From assembly GCA_947587565.1 (NCBI GenBank), contig CANPYA010000001.1, positions 1 through 29,017 of the forward strand: a stretch of DNA of 29,017 bases, given 5' to 3'. A program made the translations under genes and the position numbers. This document shows positions 1 through 9,016 of this stretch, one piece after another. Position 1 is the stretch's first letter, and each line of letters opens with the position of its first letter. The notes beneath the pieces were generated by a model. The model was not told where the DNA came from. It was given only the letters and a program-made list of their open reading frames with translations, and searched no databases. This DNA comes from an uncultured Bacilli bacterium (GTDB taxonomy: Bacteria; Bacillota_I; Bacilli_A; RF39; UBA660).

Positions 1-732
<732 letters not shown>

Positions 733-742
733 GAGGGTTAAG

Positions 743-3235
743 ATGAATCAAGAAAAAGATAAAATAATTGAAAATAATATAGTTCCAGAAATAAAAAAGG
801 CATTTATTGATTATTCTGTAAGTGTTATTATGTCAAGAGCAGTTCCCGACTTACGTGATGGTCTTAAACCTGTTCATAGAAGAATTTTATGGTCAATGTA
901 TGAATCAGGATATACACCTGATAAACCACATCGTAAATCAGCTCGTATAGTTGGTGATGTTATGGGTAAATATCATCCACATGGTGATTCAAGTATTTAT
1001 GATGCGATGGTAAGACTTGCTCAAGATTTTAATTTTACTCATACACTTGTAGATGGTCATGGGAATTTTGGTAATATTTCTATTCCAAGACCAGCAGCAT
1101 CGCGTTATACCGAAGCAAGACTTTCGAGAATTTCCTTAGAATTATTAAGAGATATAAATAAAGATACTGTTAATTTTATGCCAAACTTTGATGAATCTGA
1201 ACAAGAACCAGAAGTATTGCCATCTAGATTTCCAAATATTTTAGTTAGTGGTACTATGGGTATTGCGGTTGGAATGGCGACAAATATTCCTCCACATAAT
1301 TTAGGAGAAGTTATTGATGGCTGTGTAGCTTATATTGATAACCCAGATATTGATACTGCTGGATTAATGCAATATATTAAAGGTCCGGATTTCCCAACTG
1401 GTGGTATTATTTTAGGTAATAGTGGAATTAAAAAAGCTTATGAAACTGGTCGCGGTACGATAACAATTCGTAGTAAAGCCACTATTGAAGAAAAAAATGG
1501 TAAAAATTACATTATTATTGATGAAGTACCATATGGTGTGAATATCACAGAATTAAAAGATAAAGTTGCGGAACTTGTTCATAATAAAATAATAGATGGT
1601 ATTGCTGATTATCATACTGATTTAAAAGATGGTTTAAAGATAACTATTACCTTAAAAAAGGAAGCAAATCCGCAAGTTGTATTAAATAACTTATATAAAC
1701 ATACCCAATTTCAAATGAGTTATGGTATTATTTTCTTAATGATTGATAATAAAGTACCTAGAACTTTAGGACTAAAAGATATTATATCTAAATATATTAA
1801 TTATCAAGAAGAAGTAATTATTCGAAGAACTAAATTTGAATTAGATAAAGCCGAAAAAAGAGTACATATCTTAGAAGGTTATAAAATAGCATTAGATAAT
1901 TTAGATGATTTTATTAAGATAATAAGAGAATCAGAGACAGATGTTATAGCTAAAGAAACCTTAATGAAAAAGTATGGTTTAACTGATGTTCAAGCTGATG
2001 CGATTTTAGAATTAAAACTTCGCCGTTTAACTGGTCTAGAAAGAGCTAAAATTGAAGAAGAATTAAGAGATTTATTAGCTAGAATTGAAGAATTAAAGGC
2101 TATACTTGCTTCAAGAGATAAGATATTAGAAATAATTAAGAATGAATTATTAGAAATCAAAGAAAAATATCCTGCTGATCGTCGAACAAAGATCGATATG
2201 ACTGCAATTGAATACATTGAAGATGAATCATTAATACCTGAGGAAGATTCGATGGTTGTTTTAACTAATAATGGTTATATTAAGAGAACAACAAATGATA
2301 CATTTAAAGTTCAAAATCGTGGTGGACATGGTGTTAAAGGCCTTACAACTAATGATGAAGATTATGTTGAACATTTAATTAACTTATCAACTCACGATTA
2401 TATAATGTTCTTTACAAATAAAGGTAAAGTATATCGTTTAAAAGGTTATGAAATTCCTGAATTTGGTCGTCAATCTAAAGGAATACCGGTTATTAACTTA
2501 TTACAAATTGAAAAAGATGAAAAAATTAATTCAGTAATTAAGGTTGGTAAAGATGATGAATATAAATATTTATTCTTTGCTACTAAAAAGGGTATTGTTA
2601 AGAAAACATTACTAAATGAATTTGAAAATATCCGAACTTCTGGTAAAATTTGTATTAATCTTAAAGATAATGATGAATTATTGGATGTTAAGAAGACAAA
2701 TGGTAATAGTTTAATCTTACTTGGTAGTAGTAATGGTCGCATGGTTAAATTTGATGAAAATGAAATAAGAGCTATGGGTAGAACTGCATCTGGTGTAAGA
2801 GGAATTAATCTTGGTGATGGAACTTGTATTTGTGCTGAAGTTGTTAACGAAGATTCAATGATCTTGCTAGTTACAGAAAAAGGTTATGGAAAACGGACAA
2901 AAGTTTGTGATTTCAGACAAACTAAACGTGGTAGTAAAGGTGTTCTAGCTCTTAATATTACGGAAAAGAATGGTAATCTAGTCGCATCAAAGATAGTTGA
3001 AGACGATAAAGATGTTATTATTATGACAAATGTTGGTATTACAATTAAATTACCAGTGGAACAAATTTCCATACTAGGTCGTGTTACTCAAGGATTAAGA
3101 TTGATCTCACTTCGTGAAAATCAATTTGTAGCTACTATAAGTGTTGTTGATAAAGTTGCTGAAGAAATTGAAGAAGGAACAGAAGAAGTTGAATCTGATA
3201 ATGTTCAAAACAATCAAAGTAGTGAAAACGAATAA
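743..3235 (+). CDS. gyrA: DNA gyrase subunit A
   Basis: DGLKPVHRR, GKYHPHGDS, catalytic RYTEARL, GIAVGMATNIPPHN; C-terminal beta-pinwheel repeats with GyrA-box-like QNRGGHG (argues against ParC); RBS AGGAGG at 731-736. Confidence 0.96.
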   Translation: MNQEKDKIIENNIVPEIKKAFIDYSVSVIMSRAVPDLRDGLKPVHRRILWSMYESGYTPDKPHRKSARIVGDVMGKYHPHGDSSIYDAMVRLAQDFNFTHTLVDGHGNFGNISIPRPAASRYTEARLSRISLELLRDINKDTVNFMPNFDESEQEPEVLPSRFPNILVSGTMGIAVGMATNIPPHNLGEVIDGCVAYIDNPDIDTAGLMQYIKGPDFPTGGIILGNSGIKKAYETGRGTITIRSKATIEEKNGKNYIIIDEVPYGVNITELKDKVAELVHNKIIDGIADYHTDLKDGLKITITLKKEANPQVVLNNLYKHTQFQMSYGIIFLMIDNKVPRTLGLKDIISKYINYQEEVIIRRTKFELDKAEKRVHILEGYKIALDNLDDFIKIIRESETDVIAKETLMKKYGLTDVQADAILELKLRRLTGLERAKIEEELRDLLARIEELKAILASRDKILEIIKNELLEIKEKYPADRRTKIDMTAIEYIEDESLIPEEDSMVVLTNNGYIKRTTNDTFKVQNRGGHGVKGLTTNDEDYVEHLINLSTHDYIMFFTNKGKVYRLKGYEIPEFGRQSKGIPVINLLQIEKDEKINSVIKVGKDDEYKYLFFATKKGIVKKTLLNEFENIRTSGKICINLKDNDELLDVKKTNGNSLILLGSSNGRMVKFDENEIRAMGRTASGVRGINLGDGTCICAEVVNEDSMILLVTEKGYGKRTKVCDFRQTKRGSKGVLALNITEKNGNLVASKIVEDDKDVIIMTNVGITIKLPVEQISILGRVTQGLRLISLRENQFVATISVVDKVAEEIEEGTEEVESDNVQNNQSSENE

Positions 3236-3242
3236 AAAATTC

Positions 3243-3282
3243 AAATAAAAATATTTCCCGGGAAATATTTTTATTTTGTTTT
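3243..3282 (+). terminator. Probable intrinsic terminator after gyrA (34-bp perfect palindrome followed by T-rich run); overlaps NBS 1
   Basis: AAATAAAAATATTTCCC|GGGAAATATTTTTATTT at 3243-3276, beginning 8 nt after the gyrA stop. Confidence 0.55.
3252..3267. promoter_or_regulatory. Noc-binding site (NBS) 1, perfect
   Basis: TATTTCCCGGGAAATA, identical to the established Bacillus Noc site (core ATTTCCCGGGAAAT). Confidence 0.85.
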
Positions 3283-3305
3283 TAATTATACTTATGTATC
3301 AAAAT

Positions 3306-3321
3306 TATTTCCCGGGAAATA
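3306..3321. promoter_or_regulatory. Noc-binding site (NBS) 2, perfect
   Basis: TATTTCCCGGGAAATA inside a near-perfect 30-bp palindrome (3299-3328, one mismatch). Confidence 0.85.
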
Positions 3322-3437
3322 TTTTTGAAAATTTTTATCACATTTTTATAAATTTATCAACTATAAAATAGGTAATTTTACATAAATTTTACATTTTATG
3401 ATTTAATGTTGTGCTGTTTAAAAAATTAAATTAATAA

Positions 3438-3453
3438 TGTTTCACGTGAAACA
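3438..3453. promoter_or_regulatory. parS centromere site 1 (ParB/Spo0J binding), perfect
   Basis: TGTTTCACGTGAAACA, the universal parS palindrome, in the origin-proximal gyrA region. Confidence 0.93.
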
Positions 3454-3619
3454 TAGATTATTAAAAATTAAATTAAGTAAAAAATTAAAAAGTTAGAAAT
3501 TATATAATTTATAAAAATAAGTATTGAATAGTTAAAATTATAATATATTAATAAATGCATGTGGTAAAAAAATATTAGAAACACTTTAAATGAAAAAGAT
3601 GTATTTATATTAAATTTAA

Positions 3620-3654
3620 ATAATTGATAGATATACTTATAATTGATAGATATA
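3620..3654. repeat. 16-bp direct repeat, two copies, 19-bp period
   Basis: ATAATTGATAGATATA at 3620-3635 and 3639-3654. Confidence 0.7.
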
Positions 3655-3904
3655 TTTAGCATAGATTTATTTTTTTAAAATTAATATTTTTTTAATTGCA
3701 TTTGATTGTTATAATTATTTATAAATTTTGTGTGTACTTTTATATTATTTTGTTTTATAAAAAATACTAAAAAATCTAATATTTGTGATTTTGATTAAAA
3801 ATAGATCAATATTCTTTTAAAATTATTAATAATTAATTATATAAATTTAACTAATTTAATGTTTATTATATAGTTAATAAAATAAAATGTTCTTTTTGCA
3901 TATA

Positions 3905-3920
3905 TGTTTCACGTGAAACA
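3905..3920. promoter_or_regulatory. parS centromere site 2, perfect
   Basis: TGTTTCACGTGAAACA. Confidence 0.93.
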
Positions 3921-3981
3921 TCAAAAAAAGTGTTAGTATTATATTTTTAAAAATAAATTAAATAATTTTATGATGAAAAAA

Positions 3982-3997
3982 TATTTACCGGGAAATA
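3982..3997. promoter_or_regulatory. Noc-binding site (NBS) 3, one mismatch
   Basis: TATTTACCGGGAAATA within AAAAATATTT-ACCGGG-AAATATTTTT (3977-4002). Confidence 0.75.
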
Positions 3998-4046
3998 TTT
4001 TTAAAGGAAGCCACTAATGTTAAAATATTAATTTTAAAAATTAAAA

Positions 4047-4075
4047 TTGCATAATAATAAAAATTATGTTATTAT
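4047..4075 (+). promoter_or_regulatory. sigma-A-type promoter for SRP RNA
   Basis: TTGCAT (4047-4052), 17-nt spacer, TG at 4067-4068, TATTAT (4070-4075); predicted start ~4082 coincides with the 5' end of the SRP stem. Confidence 0.7.
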
Positions 4076-4081
4076 CTAAAT

Positions 4082-4152
4082 GCACAACAAATATACTGTA
4101 AACTGGTCAGAGTTGGAAGACAGCAGCCATATCAGTTCCTATTTGTGTGTGC
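4082..4152 (+). ncRNA. ffs: Small bacterial signal recognition particle RNA (4.5S type)
   Basis: Helix-8 core GGTCAGAGTT-GGAA-GACAGCAGCC matches the SRP consensus GGUCAGGUCC-GGAA-GGAAGCAGCC; closing stem GCACAACAAATA / TATTTGTGTGTGC; T7 tract at 4153-4159; next to tadA/dnaX as in Bacillus. Confidence 0.88.
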
Positions 4153-4177
4153 TTTTTTTATATATAGGAGTGTTAAA

Positions 4178-4588
4178 ATGAATAAATATATGAAAATTGC
4201 CTATAAAGAAGCATTAAAGGCATATCGTAAAGATGAAATACCAGTTGGAGTAGTCATAGTACATAATAATAAAGTTATTGCTAAAGCTCATAATGATCGT
4301 CAAAAAAAATATAATGTTTTAGGTCATGCTGAAATAAATGCAATTTTAAAAGCTGAAAAAAAATTAAAAGATTGGCGTTTAGATAAATGTGAAATGTATG
4401 TTACATTAGAACCATGCAAAATGTGTCAAATGATAATTGAAGAATCTAGAATTAATAAAATAAATTATTTAATTTCTCAAAAAAAAGATACAAAAAATAA
4501 TATTAAATATATACAAACAAATGATTGCAATAATATAAAAGAAGAATATAAAAAAATCTTAAATAATTTTTTTAAAAAATTACGATAA
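4178..4588 (+). CDS. tadA: tRNA-specific adenosine deaminase (nucleoside deaminase family)
   Basis: EIPVGVVIV, zinc motifs HAE and TLEPCKMC. Start moved from GTG 4145 (inside SRP RNA) to ATG 4178 behind AGGAG (4166-4170). Confidence 0.88.
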   Translation: MNKYMKIAYKEALKAYRKDEIPVGVVIVHNNKVIAKAHNDRQKKYNVLGHAEINAILKAEKKLKDWRLDKCEMYVTLEPCKMCQMIIEESRINKINYLISQKKDTKNNIKYIQTNDCNNIKEEYKKILNNFFKKLR

Positions 4589-4613
4589 TTATTCCTAAAA
4601 TACTTGAATCTTG

Positions 4614-4622
4614 TGATATAAT
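4614..4622 (+). promoter_or_regulatory. Extended -10 element upstream of dnaX
   Basis: TG-A-TATAAT; no convincing -35. Confidence 0.5.
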
Positions 4623-4643
4623 TAATATGAAAGGAAACACATC

Positions 4644-6254
4644 ATGAAATATAAAGTATTATATCGCAAATATCGTCCAACTGATTTTGAAAATATTATT
4701 GGTCAAGATTATATTGTAACAACACTTAAAAATTCTGTTATTCACAATAATATTTCCCATGCCTACATATTTTCAGGTCCTAGAGGTACTGGAAAAACAA
4801 CAACTGCTAAAGTATTTTCCAAGGCAATTAACTGTTTAGAGCCAAAAGATGGAGCTCCTTGTGGTAAATGTGAATTTTGTCAAAATTTTCAAGAAAATCC
4901 TGATATTATCGAAATAGATGCGGCCTCAAATAATGGCGTTGAAGAAATTAGAAATTTAATTGATAATATTAAGTTAGCACCAACTAATGGTAAATATAAA
5001 GTTTATATTATTGATGAAGTTCATATGTTAACTGATAGTGCCTTTAATGCTTTATTATTGACATTAGAAGAACCACCATCTCATTCAATATTTATCTTAG
5101 CAACTACAAACATTGAAAAAGTTCCTATTACTATTCTTTCACGTTGTCAACGATTTGACTTTCAAAAAATAACGGTTGATTGTATTACTGATCGTTTAAA
5201 ACAAATTTGTGAATTAGAAAATATTAAAATTACATCCGACGCTTTAGAAGAAATTGCTTATTTATCTGAAGGTGGAATGCGGGATGCTTTAAGTCTTTTA
5301 GATCAACTTTCTAAAAGTGGTGAAGAAATAACTATCGAATTTGTTGATGAAAATATTCGAACTGTTTCTATAAAAAATATTAAGGAATTATTAGATACAA
5401 TTGAAAATAATGATTCAGAAAAGTGTTTAAATTTGCTTAATGAATATCGCAATCGAGCAGTAGATTATAAAACATTGGTTAAAAAATTGATTGATGTGGC
5501 AGCAAAAAGAGCAAAGAAAATTAAATTAACAAGCAAATATACAAGATTATCTTTTGAAGATTATAAAAAATTAATTTTAAATTTAGCTGATAGTATTACT
5601 AAAATTAATATTAATGTTGATTCATATACCATATTGGAAATGATTTTATTAGAATTTTTAAATCCAACCATAAAGCCATTAGAAAATAAAAAGGAAGAAT
5701 TAACTATAGAAAATGATCAAAAAAATGCTGATAGTGAGTTTATTTTTTCATCATCAAATGAAAATAGTGAAGAAAAAATTGAAAATGGTCTTAGCAAAAA
5801 TATTTCATCAAAAGAATTTAATACTGATTTAATTACTATTCGTATAAATAATTGTTTTGTAGATGCCCAAAAGAAATTACTAGAAAATACTAAAAAAGAA
5901 ATAAATGATATAATAAATGATGTTAATACATCGGGAGAGATAAAATCGATACTTCTAGATAGTGTTTTAGTTGCTGCATCACCTAAGAATTTAATTTTTA
6001 CAACACCAAATGATCATAGCGCTAATAAAGCTAATAAAATGTTAAATAAAATTGAGAATGCTATTAGAAATGCTAAAAATATGGAATATAAAGTTATTTT
6101 TATAACACCTGAAAGATGGCAAAAAGAACGAGAAAAGTATGTCGAAAATATAAAAGCACATAAAAATTATTCATATATAGAAGAATCAGAAGTCATTCAT
6201 GAAGAAACAAAAATTAGTGATGTCTTTGATCCAAGTAAAGTGGAAATTATTTAA
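4644..6254 (+). CDS. dnaX: DNA polymerase III subunit gamma/tau
   Basis: YRKYRP, Walker A GPRGTGKTT, zinc Cys cluster, EIDAASNNG, IDEVHML, SRCQRF, GGMRDALS. Confidence 0.96.
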   Translation: MKYKVLYRKYRPTDFENIIGQDYIVTTLKNSVIHNNISHAYIFSGPRGTGKTTTAKVFSKAINCLEPKDGAPCGKCEFCQNFQENPDIIEIDAASNNGVEEIRNLIDNIKLAPTNGKYKVYIIDEVHMLTDSAFNALLLTLEEPPSHSIFILATTNIEKVPITILSRCQRFDFQKITVDCITDRLKQICELENIKITSDALEEIAYLSEGGMRDALSLLDQLSKSGEEITIEFVDENIRTVSIKNIKELLDTIENNDSEKCLNLLNEYRNRAVDYKTLVKKLIDVAAKRAKKIKLTSKYTRLSFEDYKKLILNLADSITKININVDSYTILEMILLEFLNPTIKPLENKKEELTIENDQKNADSEFIFSSSNENSEEKIENGLSKNISSKEFNTDLITIRINNCFVDAQKKLLENTKKEINDIINDVNTSGEIKSILLDSVLVAASPKNLIFTTPNDHSANKANKMLNKIENAIRNAKNMEYKVIFITPERWQKEREKYVENIKAHKNYSYIEESEVIHEETKISDVFDPSKVEII

Positions 6255-6266
6255 GGAGGTGATTTT

Positions 6267-6566
6267 ATGAATATGCAAAATTTAATGGCTCAAGCCCAAA
6301 GAATGCAAAGAGAAATAACCCAAAAGAAAGAAGAACTAGAAAAGATGGAATTTACTGGTAAATCTGAATGGGTAGAAATTACTTTTAATGGTGCTAAAGA
6401 AATTAAAAATGTTAAAATAGTTAAAGATGGTGATATATCAGAAGAGGATAAAGAAATTCTTGGAGATATGTTACAAATCGCAACAAAAGATGCCTTTAAT
6501 CAAATAAACAAAGCAATGGCTGAAAAATTAGGTCAATATGCCGGGGCTTTAGATGGGTTGATGTAA
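6267..6566 (+). CDS. ybaB: YbaB/EbfC family nucleoid-associated protein
   Basis: MNMQNLMAQAQRMQ N-terminus, conserved dnaX-ybaB-recR order. Confidence 0.9.
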   Translation: MNMQNLMAQAQRMQREITQKKEELEKMEFTGKSEWVEITFNGAKEIKNVKIVKDGDISEEDKEILGDMLQIATKDAFNQINKAMAEKLGQYAGALDGLM

Positions 6567-6567
6567 T

Positions 6568-7170
6568 ATGTTGTATCCAGATTCATTATTAAAATTAATA
6601 AATTTTTATAAAAAACAACCAGGTGTTGGGGAAAAATCGGCAGAAAGAATGGCTTTAGCCACAATTTTAATGGATGATAAAGAAATAACGGATTTTGCTA
6701 CTGCTTTAGTTGATGCTAAAAATAAAATAAAAAAATGTCCAGTATGTGGTAGTTTAACGGAAAATGATGTATGCGATATTTGTAGTGATCAAGAAAGAGA
6801 CCATAATTTGATATGTGTTATTGAAGATTATAAAAGTCTTATTTCTTTTGAAAAAGTAGGAAATTTCAAAGGAATCTATCATGTGTTAAATGGTCTAATT
6901 AGTCCAATGGATAGTATAGGTCCGGAAGATATCAACATTTCATCCTTAGTTAAAAGAGTTGATGAAGCCCAAAATCCGGAACTTATTTTAGCCTTAAAAT
7001 CATCTATTGAAGGCGAAACAACAACTTTGTATATAAAGAAAATATTTGAAAAGAAAAATGTAACAATATCAAGGCTCTCTTATGGTATCCCTATGGGTGC
7101 GGAAATAGATTATCTCGATATTATTACGCTCGATAAAGCATTAGAGGATCGCAAAAGGATATCGGAATAA
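6568..7170 (+). CDS. recR: Recombination mediator RecR
   Basis: PGVGEKSAERMA HhH, C4 zinc finger CPVC...CDIC, YHVLNGLISP, TOPRIM with IEGETT. Confidence 0.96.
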   Translation: MLYPDSLLKLINFYKKQPGVGEKSAERMALATILMDDKEITDFATALVDAKNKIKKCPVCGSLTENDVCDICSDQERDHNLICVIEDYKSLISFEKVGNFKGIYHVLNGLISPMDSIGPEDINISSLVKRVDEAQNPELILALKSSIEGETTTLYIKKIFEKKNVTISRLSYGIPMGAEIDYLDIITLDKALEDRKRISE

Positions 7171-7207
7171 AATGAACTTATAAATAATATAATTTATGGG
7201 TGATATT

Positions 7208-7396
7208 ATGAAAATAAAATTAGGAACTCTAATAAAAAGAGTAATATTTGCTTTTGGTGTTATCTATGGCATAAATGTAATGTTAAATAAAGTAGGAATC
7301 TTTCTTCCTATCAATGTCATTACCATCTTAATTACTTCCGTTTTAGGAGTTCCTGGTTTGTTATCCTTATTTGCACTTTTCTTTATCATAAATTAA
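7208..7396 (+). CDS. bofA: Pro-sigmaK processing inhibitor BofA family membrane protein
   Basis: Small hydrophobic protein with PIN...LGVPG motif; follows recR as in Bacillus. Start at 7208 chosen on the RBS-like GGGTGA. Confidence 0.75.
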   Translation: MKIKLGTLIKRVIFAFGVIYGINVMLNKVGIFLPINVITILITSVLGVPGLLSLFALFFIIN

Positions 7397-7404
7397 GGAG
7401 GAGT

Positions 7405-8262
7405 ATGACAGGTAGTAAAGATTTAGAAAAATTAGTAGAATATTATCATAATAAAAAATTAGCGCATGCTTACCTTATTACAACAAATAATATTCCTAAA
7501 TGTTTAGAAGTTCTTTTAAAAGTTATAAAGAACATTTTTTGCGTGAATAATTATGAAGATAATTGTAATAAATGCTCTTTATGTCATTTAATTGATTTAA
7601 AAAATCTTCCTAGTTTGAAAATTATTGAACCAGATGGCGAATTTATTAAAAAAGAACAAATTTTAGATTTAAAGAATACTTTTGCCAAGTCTAATCAATT
7701 TACCAATGAATCAATTTATATAATTAAAAATGCTGAAAAATTAAATTCACCATCTGCAAATACAATGTTAAAGTTTCTTGAAGAACCGGAAGGTAATGTG
7801 ATTGGTTTTTTTATAACTACTGAAAAAGATAATGTATTACCAACCATTCAAAGTCGTTGTGAATTAATCAGTGCTAATTTTTTGGAAGATGAAAGTACTG
7901 ATATAACCAATGTCGAATATCAAGAATTATCTCAAAAAGTAATAGAGTATTTAAAAGATATTGAAGTTGAAAAGAAAAAATCAATATTGTGTAATAACGA
8001 ATACTTCATAGATTTAGAAAAAGCAGATGTTAAGAATTTCTTATCAATGGCGCTTTCTATATATAAATCAACATTAAATAATAAAATTAATGGTACTAAA
8101 GAAAATCCAACCTTTTTATCTAACTTAAGTATTAAAAATATTCAAAGAAAAATGCAATTAATTATCGAAATTTTACAAGAAATCAATTATAATGTTAATA
8201 TCGAACTATTATTAGATAAATTTGTTTTAGAAATGGAAGGAATAAATAATGAAGTTATATAG
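7405..8262 (+). CDS. holB: DNA polymerase III subunit delta'
   Basis: LAHAYL, Cys cluster, NAEKLNSPSANTMLKFLEEP, LPTIQSRC; degenerate Walker A typical of delta'; precedes yaaT. Confidence 0.88.
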   Translation: MTGSKDLEKLVEYYHNKKLAHAYLITTNNIPKCLEVLLKVIKNIFCVNNYEDNCNKCSLCHLIDLKNLPSLKIIEPDGEFIKKEQILDLKNTFAKSNQFTNESIYIIKNAEKLNSPSANTMLKFLEEPEGNVIGFFITTEKDNVLPTIQSRCELISANFLEDESTDITNVEYQELSQKVIEYLKDIEVEKKKSILCNNEYFIDLEKADVKNFLSMALSIYKSTLNNKINGTKENPTFLSNLSIKNIQRKMQLIIEILQEINYNVNIELLLDKFVLEMEGINNEVI

Positions 8263-9016
8263 TGTTATATTTAAAACTCAAGGCAAAAATTATTATTTCT
8301 TAAGTCCGGATGATTATGAAATCAATGATTATGTTATTGTTGAAACTGAGAAAGGCTTGCAATATGGTAAAATAAATCATTTAATTAGTGAAAATAGTAA
8401 TGAAGAAGATAAATATAAAAAAATCATCAGGAAAGCTACTAGGGAAGATACGAAAAATTATGAATATTTATTAAAAGAAAGTAACAAAGCTTTAGATAAA
8501 TGTAAGGAATTAGTCAAAGATTTAGAATTAAATATGAATGTTATCAGTGCCGATTTTAATTTTGATAAATCACAATTATTGTTTAATTTTGTTTCTGATG
8601 AAAGAGTTGACTTCCGAGAACTTGCCAGAAAACTTGCGGGTATTTATCATACAAGAATTGAACTTCGCCAAATAGGAGCTCGTGATAAAGCAAAAGAAGT
8701 TGGTGGTTATGGTGTTTGTGGTGAAAGATTATGCTGTGGTCGGTTCTTAAATCATATTGATGCTATTTCCATGAATATGGCTAAAAATCAAAATTTAGCT
8801 TTAAATCCTTCGAAAATTAATGGAGTATGTGGTCGTTTGTTATGTTGCTTACAATATGAAGATGAAAATTATTTAGAATGTAGTAAAAATATGCCTTCTG
8901 TTGGGGATGTTATTAAAACAAAAAATGGTGAAGGTGAAGTAATCAGTGTCGATATTCTAAATCGTAAATGCAAAGTATTAGTGGGTAGTAATAAGGAAGA
9001 AGTCGAATTTAAATAA
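8249..9016 (+). CDS. yaaT: PSP1-domain protein YaaT/RicT
   Basis: RVDFRELA, RIELRQIGARD, GVCGERLCC, GVCGRLLCCLQYE. Confidence 0.92.
   Translation: MKLYSVIFKTQGKNYYFLSPDDYEINDYVIVETEKGLQYGKINHLISENSNEEDKYKKIIRKATREDTKNYEYLLKESNKALDKCKELVKDLELNMNVISADFNFDKSQLLFNFVSDERVDFRELARKLAGIYHTRIELRQIGARDKAKEVGGYGVCGERLCCGRFLNHIDAISMNMAKNQNLALNPSKINGVCGRLLCCLQYEDENYLECSKNMPSVGDVIKTKNGEGEVISVDILNRKCKVLVGSNKEEVEFK

Noticed and set aside
1990-3072. Minus-strand ORFs 1990..2217, 2470..2742, 2884..3072
   Set aside because: Short antisense shadows of gyrA with no recognisable motifs or RBS.
3468-3662. 64-aa minus-strand ORF in the AT-rich spacer
   Set aside because: I/N/F/Y/K composition expected from ~14% GC DNA; no RBS.
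3252-3997. Palindromes as CRISPR repeats or REP/MITE elements
   Set aside because: Two different 16-mers, irregular spacing, no cas or transposase genes; exact matches to parS and NBS explain them better.
3236-4080. Spacer as oriC
   Set aside because: No good DnaA boxes (TTATNCACA) found; the closest, TGTGGTAAA near 3560, has mismatches and is alone; oriC is expected next to dnaA, upstream of gyrB.
4145-4177. ORF-track GTG start for tadA (also upstream starts at 7196, 15199, 16258, 20855, 25121)
   Set aside because: These extensions overlap the SRP RNA, RBSs or upstream genes; downstream ATGs have better RBS or family-typical N-termini.
5680-5730. Programmed frameshift in dnaX (gamma/tau) at A-runs
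   Set aside because: A5-A7 runs are common at this AT content; no A-AAA-AAG heptamer with stimulatory hairpin was seen.
7140-7207. sigma-E promoter for bofA
   Set aside because: Only AT-rich partial matches; not distinguishable from background.
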